From a candidate division WOR-3 bacterium (GTDB lineage Bacteria > Hydrothermota > Hydrothermia > B15-G9 > WFZT01): a stretch of 64,000 nt of DNA. Below are positions 51,179 to 60,838 of the stretch, piece by piece. The notes beneath the pieces are model-generated. The model did no database searches and had not been told where the DNA came from. It worked only from the letters and a program-made list of their open reading frames with translations. The stretch is from NCBI GenBank assembly GCA_027053075.1, contig JALUEE010000090.1:18135-82134 (forward strand), written 5' to 3'. Position 1 is the first letter of the stretch. Each line of letters starts with the position of its first letter. The position numbers and the translations under genes were made by a program.

Positions 51179-52867
51179 TCAAGAAGACGGGAACTCAAAT
51201 CCCCTTTTGAAAACTTCTATGCAGGCATCCACAACGTCCCTGTCGTATAGCGTCCCCCTGTTCTTTTTGATCTCATCGAGGGCAACCGAAATGCCAAGAG
51301 CAGGCCTGTATGGTCTGTGGGAGCTTATAGCCTCGACTACATCGGCTACGGCAATTATCCTTGCCTCAATAAGAATGTCTCCGTCTTTCAGCCCCTGAGG
51401 ATACCCTGATCCATCCAACCTCTCATGGTGCTGAAGAACGATAGTAGCTACTGGCCAGGGGAATTCTATCTTTTTAAGAATTTGATAGCCGGTAACTGGA
51501 TGATGTTTAACGAGCATGTATTCAACCTCGGTGAGTCGAGTGGGCTTTGTCAGTATATCTGATGGGATAGCAATTTTGCCAATATCATGTAATAATCCAG
51601 CGATTCTCAAGGCTTTAATTCTGTTCTCAAGGCCCATTTCTTTTGCAATCTCAACAGCGAGCTGGGTTACCCTCCTCTGGTGTCCTGCAGTGTAGAGGTC
51701 TCTTACCTCCACAGCTGAGCTTAATGCCATCACAGTGGAATCAAAGAGTTTCTCCATCTTCCTCAGATTCTCGAGTAGCGAAGCTTCAAGATTTTTCAGC
51801 TCAGTTATGTCCTGTAGACTACCTTCAATATACACTTTCCCGTGCTCGTCTTTCCTTATTCTTGAAGTATCCTTTAGCCAGATTATTCTGCCGTCCTTTC
51901 GCCTCATCCTGAATTCTCGCTCCACACTCCCTTTCTTTAATAACTCTTTAAGCCATTTTTCTCTTTCAGCTTTGTCAACATAAAAGTCCGAGGCCTTCCT
52001 GACTTTTAGTTCTTCCTGTGAGTAACCAAGTATCAAGGATGACTGTGGATTAAAGTTGACAATATCCCCTTCAGGTGTTGTAGTATAGAGACCTACAGGC
52101 ACATGCTCAAAGAGAGACCTGTATTTTGATTCGGACTTCTCAAGCTTCTTATAGGCCTTTCTTATCTCCGTGATATCACGTACAACCAGGACGACTCCTC
52201 GATAACGCATGTTTAGCATGATAGGTGACTGTTTTACATGAAAATATCTTGTTTTACCTTCTATTCTGAGCTCAACCTCGTACTCTGCAATTTTCCCCTT
52301 TTGGTTCTCTTCAAGTGCCTTATAAAATCTGTTAGAGAATTTCTCTGGCAGAATGTCTTCAGGTTTCTTACCCACAAGCGTTTGGGTTTTGAGAGAACCA
52401 AATCCGTAGGGATTATTGGCAAATATAACCCTTCCATGTTCGTTCATAAGAAAAACAAAATCACCGATGGAATTTAAGAAAATGTGCATAATGGCTTCGA
52501 TTTCTTTTTCAGTAAATCCAAGTCCATAGACCATCTCATTAACATATCCAGTGACTATATGGTCTTCCTTATCCCTAGTTTTGCTCGTAACTACATTAAT
52601 AAAAATCTCTTCTCCATTTTTCCTTAATGCTTTGAAAGTGCAGCTCTGAAAACCAGGCTTTTGCATCTCTGTAAGCACTGCGTTTTTCCACGATGGATGT
52701 ATGAGAGATTCAAAGCCAACATTTAGCAACTCTTCCTTTGAATATCCGAAGATTCTTGAGAAAGAGGAGCTAACATAGGTGAACCTCTCGTTCTTGACCT
52801 GGAATATTCCGTACCCTGACTCATCAGCGAGGTGTACGAGAATATCCGTTATTTCTCCATTACTCAT
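51179..52867 (-). CDS. PAS-domain HD-GYP cyclic dinucleotide phosphodiesterase
   Basis: Three PAS-like repeats; YTAGHQRRV, LHDIGK, HHERLDGSGYP, AVADV..A...RPYR. Confidence 0.92.
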   Translation of the reverse strand: MSNGEITDILVHLADESGYGIFQVKNERFTYVSSSFSRIFGYSKEELLNVGFESLIHPSWKNAVLTEMQKPGFQSCTFKALRKNGEEIFINVVTSKTRDKEDHIVTGYVNEMVYGLGFTEKEIEAIMHIFLNSIGDFVFLMNEHGRVIFANNPYGFGSLKTQTLVGKKPEDILPEKFSNRFYKALEENQKGKIAEYEVELRIEGKTRYFHVKQSPIMLNMRYRGVVLVVRDITEIRKAYKKLEKSESKYRSLFEHVPVGLYTTTPEGDIVNFNPQSSLILGYSQEELKVRKASDFYVDKAEREKWLKELLKKGSVEREFRMRRKDGRIIWLKDTSRIRKDEHGKVYIEGSLQDITELKNLEASLLENLRKMEKLFDSTVMALSSAVEVRDLYTAGHQRRVTQLAVEIAKEMGLENRIKALRIAGLLHDIGKIAIPSDILTKPTRLTEVEYMLVKHHPVTGYQILKKIEFPWPVATIVLQHHERLDGSGYPQGLKDGDILIEARIIAVADVVEAISSHRPYRPALGISVALDEIKKNRGTLYDRDVVDACIEVFKRGFEFPSS

Positions 52868-53056
52868 GATTTTTACTCCCGGGAACCTTTTACGGACCTT
52901 TTAAATTAACCCTCCGTGAGATTAATTTCACGTAAGTATTAGGTCAATGGTAACTTTGATTCGAGCGCAAGTCAAGGACAATGCCTGCCTGGTCTGATAC
53001 TGGCCCATGTGAGAGATTGAGTCCGGTAAGTGAAGGATTAATTTATCAGAAACAAT

Positions 53057-54229
53057 TTAGGTCAATTCAGACATTATAGATATGTATTTACTGGCTACAT
53101 CTTCTGGAGCGAATTCCCTTGCGTGAGCGAAGGCGTTTCTGGACATTTTCCAGAGTTCACTCTCAGAGAGGCCCAGAATGGCCTTTTTTAAACCATCTTG
53201 GCTGTCGATATCAAAAACAATACCTGTTTCTTTATGCTTTACGAGCTCTGGAAGGCCGCCTCTATTCGAGGCTATAACAGGTATTCCGTATGCATTTGCC
53301 TCGTGAACAACGGTTGGAGAGGAGTCGTTACACAGGGACGGTACCACGAGCACGTCAATCTGGGAGTAAAAACTTGTGGCATCAACCCATCCGAGGAATT
53401 TAATATTTCCCCTTTTGACAAGTGAGTTAAGAAATTTCCCGTATTCTGACGTATAAGGACTTCCGGCGATGAGCAACGGGGCGTCAATTTCGTTGAAGGT
53501 TTTAATTGCTACTTCAATACCTTTAGATGGGTGGAGTTTTCCGATAAATCCAAAGGTGGGATTCTTGAAGTCTTTCTCGATGTGCTCGGGGAAGGGTACT
53601 ATAACCGGGTTGTAAATGACAGAGAATGGAGTGTCTGTGAAAAATCCGAGATTCTGGTGTCTTGTGATGATATATCTACTTGTACCCACTACAAAATCGA
53701 TATAATTGATAAACTTTTTCTTCAATGCAGCGTATATACTGCATGTCGTGCAAATCTTTTCACAGTTCTTCATGTTTTTAAACATGGTGGCTTTAACACA
53801 CATGAAACTGTGATCATGGAGGGTATGGACAACCTTGAAACTTCTAAACTCCTTCAGCACTCCAAAAGACAGTTCGCTTAAGTTGTGGGTGTGGATGATA
53901 TCGGGTTTTTCAGACGATAATATATCTTTTACCTTCCCCCGGACAAGGGGGTTGTTTACGTTGATAAGATGCCAAAGAGGGCGAATAACGGGAGATTTGG
54001 ACGAGGAATCTTTTCCCCGGTAAATATTTCTGTTGTGAAGTCTGTAAACCCTTATCCCTTCTATTTCCTCAATTGAGTCTCTGGCTCCGGAAGTAATGAC
54101 AAAAACCTGATGTCCTAGTTTACGGTAAGTCTCGGTAAGCTTTTTCACTACCATCTCCGCGCCACCAATTGATTCCGGATAGTAGTATGAATTTACAACC
54201 GCAATCTTAAATTTTTTTGAAGAATTCAT
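53057..54229 (-). CDS. Glycosyltransferase family 4
   Basis: YPESIGGAE, HTHNL, TLHD, GKLHPSKG, EANAYGIPVIAS..GG. Confidence 0.9.
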   Translation of the reverse strand: MNSSKKFKIAVVNSYYYPESIGGAEMVVKKLTETYRKLGHQVFVITSGARDSIEEIEGIRVYRLHNRNIYRGKDSSSKSPVIRPLWHLINVNNPLVRGKVKDILSSEKPDIIHTHNLSELSFGVLKEFRSFKVVHTLHDHSFMCVKATMFKNMKNCEKICTTCSIYAALKKKFINYIDFVVGTSRYIITRHQNLGFFTDTPFSVIYNPVIVPFPEHIEKDFKNPTFGFIGKLHPSKGIEVAIKTFNEIDAPLLIAGSPYTSEYGKFLNSLVKRGNIKFLGWVDATSFYSQIDVLVVPSLCNDSSPTVVHEANAYGIPVIASNRGGLPELVKHKETGIVFDIDSQDGLKKAILGLSESELWKMSRNAFAHAREFAPEDVASKYISIMSELT

Positions 54230-55427
54230 ATATTCTCCTCGCTGCCTCGCCATCCCGAAATTTATAAATACGTGTCACAAACCTATCTCGTGCCTCTTTA
54301 AAAGGGTCATTGCCCGATAGATGGTCTTCAATGTGTTTAATTAGCGAAGGAAAGTCACGTGCTTTCTCGCCAGGCGTGAAATCTTCATATTTGAAATACA
54401 TGTCACGGTTTTTTGAAAGATATTCCTCGAGGTCATATGGGTAAAAGATAACAGGCCTGTTAAGGATCAGGAAATCGAGGTATATCGAAGAATAATCGGT
54501 GATTAAAACGTCAATTAGTAGAAGAAGTGGATAGAAATCAAATGTCTGCTCCACGAAGACTATATTTGAATAATTCCTATCCGGTTTAAAAGGTGTGTAG
54601 GGATGGGGTTTGATGATCAAATAAGCTCCATAATTTTTGAACACCCGGTTTAGCTGGTCAAGGTCAAGAAAATCAATAGGATTCTCTCCGCTCTCTCTAA
54701 AAGTCGGAAAATATGCAAACAATTTTTTCCCTGAAGTTTTAAGCTCCTTCAGCCTTTTGTAAATTTCTTCTGAGGAGCCGATAAACATCCCGCGGATTTT
54801 CTTAAAGAGTACATCGTTTCGTGGATATCCAGTAATAATCACGTGATCTTCAGGGATACCGAGTCCACTTGAAAGACCTTTTACGAAGATTTCTGAGGTG
54901 GCTATTGTGTAATCCCATTTCTCAAAGGTCCAGGGTCTGAAGATTTTTAAGATCAGCCTTTTTATAGGGTTTGGCGTATTCCTCATGTCATTTTTGTCAT
55001 CATTCGCAATCCTCTTAAGTGGCAGACCATGCCAGAGATTGACCTTAATGCTTCCACCTGCAAACCAGTAGTTGAGGTCCTGAGTGCAATAATCAAAAAA
55101 AGTAAATTTTGCACGCAGAAGCTTTAGAATCCCTTTCAAAGAGTTGGAATGATAGACCTGAAAGCCAAGAGCCCTTAGTTTTTTTAAAACATCTTTGTTT
55201 TCGGTTATCCAGATCGTTTCTATATCCTTTCTCTCCTGTAATTCAAGAAAAAGGTATTTGGGATTTCCGGAAAATGTTTGTGCTCCAAAACTTCCAAATG
55301 CCCATAAATTCTGGTCTTTTGGAATGAACTTACTGAATATGCGAAAAAAATGCATGAAAGGCCTGAGAAGTATGCGAATTTTCTTCTCCCTGAAGATTTT
55401 CTCGAAAAACGAAGCTATTATGGACAT
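54207..55427 (-). CDS. CDP-glycerol glycerophosphotransferase (TagB/TagF family)
   Basis: FSGNPKY, NLWHGLPLK, TGYPRND, PTFR, KPHP, LITDYSSI..D. Confidence 0.93.
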   Translation of the reverse strand: MSIIASFFEKIFREKKIRILLRPFMHFFRIFSKFIPKDQNLWAFGSFGAQTFSGNPKYLFLELQERKDIETIWITENKDVLKKLRALGFQVYHSNSLKGILKLLRAKFTFFDYCTQDLNYWFAGGSIKVNLWHGLPLKRIANDDKNDMRNTPNPIKRLILKIFRPWTFEKWDYTIATSEIFVKGLSSGLGIPEDHVIITGYPRNDVLFKKIRGMFIGSSEEIYKRLKELKTSGKKLFAYFPTFRESGENPIDFLDLDQLNRVFKNYGAYLIIKPHPYTPFKPDRNYSNIVFVEQTFDFYPLLLLIDVLITDYSSIYLDFLILNRPVIFYPYDLEEYLSKNRDMYFKYEDFTPGEKARDFPSLIKHIEDHLSGNDPFKEARDRFVTRIYKFRDGEAARRIYEFFKKI

Positions 55428-55637
55428 GGTGTTTTATTTAAAAGGAATTGGGGAAGTTATTCAATGGCAGATTTAGAGTCGGTGAGGTGAGATGAAAGAT
55501 TAAAAAAGTTGGGAGCTCTCATCATATCACCCACTAATTCTTGGATTAGAAGGAATTCATGTTCCCGCGGGCTCACAACCTGTTGACATTACTAATTTGA
55601 GGCAGGGAAAATAAAGTAAACCCGAAGGAGACTCTTT

Positions 55638-56990
55638 ATGAGAGATATTGCCTTTGAAATTTCGGAATATATCAGCTCAGTAAAATTCGAGGATATCCCT
55701 GAAGAAACTCTGCACAATGTAAAGCTTTTCATTTTTGACACCATAGGAGTTGGAATTGCTGGACATAGAGCGCCAGGTGTCAGGCCTCTCTATGAGCTTC
55801 TCTCTCAACTCGGTGGTAGTAGAGATTCTACCGTTTTAAAGTTTCGTACCCGGCTTCCTGCCCCTTCAGCTACACTCCTAAACAGTACCATGATACATGC
55901 TTATGATTTTGACGATACCTTCGATGAGGGAGCACTTCATACCTACGTCTCTATACTCCCTTCCGTGCTATCACTTGCCGAATGGTCAGGAAACACTGGA
56001 GGTAAAGAAATTCTCACGGCTACCACGCTGGGTGTGGACCTTATCGTCAGGCTTTCTCTTGGAATAAAGACACCACTCTCGTGGATAAGAACAGCCACAC
56101 TTGGCTCCTTTGGCGCAGCTGCCGCTTCCGCAAAAATCCTTGGATTCGGGAAAGATAAGACTCACAGGGCACTCGGTGTTGTTTATAGCATGACTTCCGG
56201 CAATGCTCAGACGCTTATTGACGGCGGGCTCACCAAAAGGATGCAGCCAGGATTCAGTGCCCGCGCGGGAGTCTTCGCCGCTATGCTCGCAGAGAAAGGG
56301 ATAAATGGAGCCATAGATGTTTTTGAAGGAAAGTATGGGTATTTCAATCTTTACGAAAGAGAAGAGTATGAGCGCGAGCCCATCACACGCAACCTCGGCA
56401 AAGAATTTTATTCTGATAGACTCTCCATTAAACCTTACCCTTCCTGTCGTATGACACATTCGTCAATTGATGCTACTCTGGAGCTCGTGAATCGCGAGGA
56501 TATTCAACCGGACGAAGTTGAAAAAATCGAGGTCCTTGTCTCCAGGATGGCGAAAAATATGGTTGGAAAATTCAAACTCGCGGGAAATCCTCAGGTAGAG
56601 GCTCAGTTTAGCATTCCATACACAGTTGCCACCGCTGTCATGAAAAGAGAAGTTTTTATAGACGATTTTGAGGTAGAAAATGTCCTCGGCAATAAGAGAA
56701 GGCTTGAATTCTTGAAGAAAGTTTTTGTATTCGAGGATGAAAGTCTCAACGAAAAGGATATCTCCTCTGCACGAGTGAAAATTTACACAAAAAGGGGAAT
56801 TTTTGAACACTCGGTTAAAGGCTTGAAGGGAAGTCCGTCAAAACCTATGAGCGAGGAAGAGGTTAAAGAAAAATTTAAAAAATGCCTCGAATTTGCATCT
56901 GAACCGGCAGAGCTGGCCAATAGAGTTCAGGAAATCGTAATGGATTTGGAGAACAGAGATTTAAAAGAACTTCTCGAGGTCCTATCCTGA
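55638..56990 (+). CDS. MmgE/PrpD family protein
   Basis: DTIGVGIAG, HAYDFDD...H, K.MQPG.SA..G, KPYPSC..TH, AQFSIPY, KGSPSKPMS. Confidence 0.9.
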   Translation: MRDIAFEISEYISSVKFEDIPEETLHNVKLFIFDTIGVGIAGHRAPGVRPLYELLSQLGGSRDSTVLKFRTRLPAPSATLLNSTMIHAYDFDDTFDEGALHTYVSILPSVLSLAEWSGNTGGKEILTATTLGVDLIVRLSLGIKTPLSWIRTATLGSFGAAAASAKILGFGKDKTHRALGVVYSMTSGNAQTLIDGGLTKRMQPGFSARAGVFAAMLAEKGINGAIDVFEGKYGYFNLYEREEYEREPITRNLGKEFYSDRLSIKPYPSCRMTHSSIDATLELVNREDIQPDEVEKIEVLVSRMAKNMVGKFKLAGNPQVEAQFSIPYTVATAVMKREVFIDDFEVENVLGNKRRLEFLKKVFVFEDESLNEKDISSARVKIYTKRGIFEHSVKGLKGSPSKPMSEEEVKEKFKKCLEFASEPAELANRVQEIVMDLENRDLKELLEVLS

Positions 56991-56991
56991 C

Positions 56992-58743
56992 ATGCAGGTT
57001 TTTGACTATGACCTCGTTGTTGTAGGCTCAGGGATTGCCGGGCTAAGGGCGCTCCTCGCGTTTTTAATGAAGTCTAAGGGTGAGGGAAGAGCTGCCATTG
57101 TGAATAAAGCCCAGCTCATGCGTGCCCACTCGGTTGCTGCTACTGGGGGAACCGCAGCAGTTTTAAGGCCAGATGAGGGCGACAGCCACGAGCTCCATGC
57201 GTGGGACACCATTAAAAATGGAGAGTTCTTGAGTGACCAGGATGCGGTTTTCAAGCTCGTTGAAGAGATTCCAAAAGAGATTTATTTCTACGATCACATA
57301 GGTCTCCCCTGGTCAAGAAGACCGGATGGGAAAATAGCGCAGAGAATCCTTTCTCCTCACAGCTTCCCACGTTGTGCCTTTGCCGGTGGCTGGACAGGCT
57401 TTCATATGGTTCAAACCCTCTACGACAACGTAAATAGGTTCTCCAACTGGGATAAATTTGAAGAATCCATGGCCCTGGATTTGATTGTAAAAGGCGGCGA
57501 AATCCAAGGAGTTACCGTATGGAACCTCGTGAACGGTGAGGCCTATCTTTTGAGGGCAAAATCGGTCATTCTTGCAACAGGCGGGCTTGGCAGGCTTTTT
57601 AAATTCACAACCTACTCCTACCAGACGACCGGTGATGGGTTTGCAATGGCTTTGCGAGCCGGACTTCCACTTAAAGATATGGAATTTATTCAGAACAATG
57701 AAACAAGCCTTGTGCCCCAGGGCGTGCTCATCGGCTCAGCTGCAAGGAGATACGGAGGCAGGCTCATCAATTCTTCAGGTGAAAGATTTATGGAAAGGTA
57801 CGCGCCGGAAACCCTCGAGATGTCGCCCAAGGATGTGGTTGCTCGTGCGATCATGAATGAAATAAATCAGGGGCGCGGCTTCAAAGGACCAAAAGGCCTC
57901 GATTATGTACTTCTCGATGTCACTCATCTGCCAGAAAGTGTTAAAAAGGGTATTCTTGGCTCGATAAGGGAGACGGTTTTAAAACTTACAGGTCTCGACA
58001 TTGTTGATAATCCTATTCCTGTGCGGCCTGCTGCGCATTTTTCAATGGGAGGTGTCAAGGCAGGTCTTGATGGTCAAACCGGGACAGAAGGGCTTTTTGC
58101 CGCTGGTGAGGTCGCCTGCCTCTCGATCCACGGGGCAAATAGGGCCCTTGCCAATTCCACAGCAGAGTGCTCCGTGTGGGGGAGGATCACCGGGGAGGAA
58201 GCTTTCAAAAGGGCAAAAATTGCTAAAAAATTTCCGGATGATGGTCAGAAATTTGCTGCAGATCAGGAGAAGTTCATTAACTCACTTCTCAAATCTCGTA
58301 TGGGGACTGAATCTGTTTACCGTTTACGAGAGGAATTAATTAGTGTAATTGAGGACAATCTAAGGGTATTTAGAAATAAGAAGGGAATGCTCGAAGCATG
58401 GAATAAGATTTTTGAATTGAAGGAAAGATTTAAAAATGTGGCATTGTCGGACTCATCTCATTTTTACAACCTTGAACTTCTGTCCTATTTTGAGCTTAAG
58501 AATATGCTTGACCTTGCAGGGGCGGTCGTTGAAAGTGCCCTCTTCAGAAAGGAATCACGTGGCCCTCATTTCAGGACAGATTATCCCCGGAGAGACAACA
58601 AAAACTGGCTAAGGCACACCATTGTAATAATGGAAGGTGACTCCTATAAGGTTACGACTGAACCTGTCAGGATCACCTACTTTGAGCCAGAACGGGATGT
58701 AAAGCCTATCAAAATGTATCGCCATAAGTCAAAAGACAAGTGA
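56992..58743 (+). CDS. SdhA/FrdA-like flavoprotein with non-canonical active site
   Basis: GSGIAG, RAHSVAATGG, LATGG.G, TGDG, HFSMGG, HGANR, RKESRGPH.R.D; catalytic motifs altered (see findings). Confidence 0.88.
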   Translation: MQVFDYDLVVVGSGIAGLRALLAFLMKSKGEGRAAIVNKAQLMRAHSVAATGGTAAVLRPDEGDSHELHAWDTIKNGEFLSDQDAVFKLVEEIPKEIYFYDHIGLPWSRRPDGKIAQRILSPHSFPRCAFAGGWTGFHMVQTLYDNVNRFSNWDKFEESMALDLIVKGGEIQGVTVWNLVNGEAYLLRAKSVILATGGLGRLFKFTTYSYQTTGDGFAMALRAGLPLKDMEFIQNNETSLVPQGVLIGSAARRYGGRLINSSGERFMERYAPETLEMSPKDVVARAIMNEINQGRGFKGPKGLDYVLLDVTHLPESVKKGILGSIRETVLKLTGLDIVDNPIPVRPAAHFSMGGVKAGLDGQTGTEGLFAAGEVACLSIHGANRALANSTAECSVWGRITGEEAFKRAKIAKKFPDDGQKFAADQEKFINSLLKSRMGTESVYRLREELISVIEDNLRVFRNKKGMLEAWNKIFELKERFKNVALSDSSHFYNLELLSYFELKNMLDLAGAVVESALFRKESRGPHFRTDYPRRDNKNWLRHTIVIMEGDSYKVTTEPVRITYFEPERDVKPIKMYRHKSKDK

Positions 58744-58864
58744 GCCTGTTCGAAAAATTTCAAAACCTTTGATTTTTAAAGAAAGATTTGCCCCCCCTCC
58801 TATCCTCCCCCCATGCACTTTGTGCATGGGGGGAGGATAGGAGGGGGAATTTTCGAACGAGCTC
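58742..58864 (+). mobile_element. 123-bp mini-MITE with 26-bp perfect internal hairpin
   Basis: TIRs GAGCCTGTTCGAAAA and TTTTCGAACGAGCTC (13/15); stem 58793-58818/58822-58847. Confidence 0.72.
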
Positions 58865-59119
58865 AAAGACGAGTAATTGGAGAAATAACTTTGAAATAGC
58901 GGGAGCAAAGCCCGGGTCGTAAAGTTCAGGACCAGAGTATAAAAATTTTTCTCTTGGACAATAAGCTGATTATAAATCCTTTTTAAACGTTTATACGACC
59001 TGTGAAAGCAAGGCAATGTCACATATAAAGTTTAACCATCTCCTTTTAACAACGGTTTGAGATTTTTAAAGTGGGCTTCCCGAAACTGAAGAATGTTCTA
59101 ATATTCCCACACGCAAAAT

Positions 59120-59305
59120 ATTCCTCTCCCCCGCATAAATACTTGCGGGGAGTGGATGAGGAGAGAGGCTACATATTTCATCTATATAAAATGAATGAGC
59201 AAATACTCTTATCCACCCAGCAATAGAATATCTTCATCATGAATTTTAATCTTCAAGCGGAATGCCCTCTGCCCAAACCATCCCCACTTGCAAAGCAAGA
59301 GGGAA
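59120..59305 (-). repeat. Composite dispersed repeat (modules B and A, reverse orientation)
   Basis: ttcctctcccccgcataaatacttgcggggag..gagagaggctacatatt and ttcaagcggaatgccc..cttgcaaagcaagaggg. Confidence 0.75.
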
Positions 59306-59420
59306 TGAAAACTTGTGTCCAGTTGTTTCGCAAATGTTGACAAAGAGTAAATTTTTCGAAAAGGCTGCCGGAAGCTTGACATATTTTCGGGGGGTCGTTA
59401 GTATAATTACACCTACAAAT

Positions 59421-59497
<77 letters not shown>

Positions 59498-59507
59498 TTT
59501 TTTATAA

Positions 59508-59581
59508 GGCGGCGTAGCTCAGCTGGTTAGAGCAGCGGAATCATAATCCGCGTGTCCGGGGTTCGAGTCCCTGCGCCGCCA
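59508..59581 (+). tRNA. tRNA with CAT anticodon, probably elongator Met
   Basis: GGCGGCG...GCGGA-ATCATAA-TCCGC...GGTTCGAGTCC...CGCCGCCA. Confidence 0.92.
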
Positions 59582-59783
59582 CTTTTTATCCCCACATTTT
59601 CAGCTCCATTTAGCAGTATTAAGCCCGATTATTCTATAAAGCGCTAAGTCTCCTTTTGCCCTAAAAAATTGTTTGATTCATCAGTTTGTTTAGCCAATGT
59701 GCGATTAAAAGTCTTACAGTAATTGAAATTAAATGCTGTTTGAACACATTCTTGCTTTTATCAGGACATGGATATTTTGGAGC

Positions 59784-59798
59784 ATTGCATTTTGCAAT
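59784..59798. promoter_or_regulatory. Palindrome, putative activator site for the pilin promoter
   Basis: ATTGCA-TTT-TGCAAT about 100 bp upstream of the sigma54 promoter. Confidence 0.4.
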
Positions 59799-59893
59799 TC
59801 ACAAGAGCCTGAATGGCTTTTTACAATGGTTTGAAATTACCCTGAATTTCTAATTACCTGAATTTATGCCATTTTTTGCGAGTCATGGTTTTG

Positions 59894-59909
59894 TGGCAGG
59901 AAAATTGCC
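59894..59909 (+). promoter_or_regulatory. sigma54 -24/-12 promoter of pilin gene
   Basis: TGGCAGGAAAATTGCC (GG-N10-GC) 50 nt before the pilin ATG. Confidence 0.82.
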
Positions 59910-59958
59910 ATTAGATATAGTGAGAAAACAAAAAGATTTTTAAAAAGGAGGTTGAATT

Positions 59959-60522
59959 ATGAGAAGAATAACAAAAAAAGATAAGGGTTTCACCCTTGTA
60001 GAGCTGATGATAGTCGTCGCCATCATTGCAATTTTGGCGGCAATTGCAATTCCTCAGTATAGGAAGTTTCAGCTGAGAGCAAAAACAGCTGAGGCAAAGA
60101 CCAATATCGGAGCAATTGCCACAGCAGAAGAGGCTTTCGCAGGTGAGCATGGTGTTTATGTCCTTTGTAACTCTGATCCTAATAGGGTTGGTCCAACGAA
60201 GCATGCATGGGTGACACCTCAGAACGACAGAAGCTTCAGTCTGATTGGATTCAAGCCAGCCGGAGATGTTTATTACAGCTATGCTGTTCGTGCAGGTAAC
60301 ACAGGTGCCATTCATGGTGGTCTCGGTTACAACACTTACACGTCCATGAACTCCAATGGTCAGTTCAGCCATGCACAGGCCGTTCATGATGGAACTGTAG
60401 ATATTACAATCTATGCGACAGGTGACCTGGATGGTGATGGCCATTATGCAACCTTCAGGAGAACTGACGAATCAACAGAGATTCTTCCATATCCTGGTGG
60501 AGCAGGCGTATCTGAGTTCTAA
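59959..60522 (+). CDS. pilA: Type IVa pilin
   Basis: KG|FTLVELMIVVAIIAILAAIAIP class III signal; AAGGAGG RBS; GDLDGDG loop. Confidence 0.92.
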   Translation: MRRITKKDKGFTLVELMIVVAIIAILAAIAIPQYRKFQLRAKTAEAKTNIGAIATAEEAFAGEHGVYVLCNSDPNRVGPTKHAWVTPQNDRSFSLIGFKPAGDVYYSYAVRAGNTGAIHGGLGYNTYTSMNSNGQFSHAQAVHDGTVDITIYATGDLDGDGHYATFRRTDESTEILPYPGGAGVSEF

Positions 60523-60541
60523 AAAGGCTTAGATGAAAAGA

Positions 60542-60577
60542 GAGGGGGCGGGCAGCCTTAAGGCTGCCCGCCCCCTC
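60542..60577. terminator. Perfect 36-nt palindrome after pilin (terminator or REP-like)
   Basis: gagggggcgggcagcc-ttaa-ggctgcccgccccctc. Confidence 0.7.
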
Positions 60578-60694
60578 CTCTATTATACCCCAAATATCCA
60601 GCACCCGAAAAAACTATATCTCTTATTTATCTAAATCTTTCCCTACCACCCTTACCTGCTAACTCAAATGTCATTAAACTCAACCTGTCCATAA

Positions 60695-60833
60695 TTTCCC
60701 CATTCCACCCCTGCCCTCCCTTTCCCACCAGGGAAGGGAGGGTGAAAAGACCTGAATCACTGAATAACATATTTTTCACCATCAAGCACTCCCTGAATAA
60801 TGAAAGACCGAGGTGACATTTTCGAACAGATTC
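60695..60833 (-). mobile_element. Partial MITE-like element, reverse orientation
   Basis: Minus strand GAATCTGTTCGAAAATGTCACCTC...ccctcccttccc..gggaaagggagggcaggggtggaatgggga, colinear with 22658-22818. Confidence 0.65.
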
Positions 60834-60838
60834 GCCGA

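Noticed and set aside
52868..53056. c-di-GMP riboswitch upstream of the HD-GYP gene or pilin
   Set aside because: No GEMM-type consensus recognisable by eye; cmscan would be decisive
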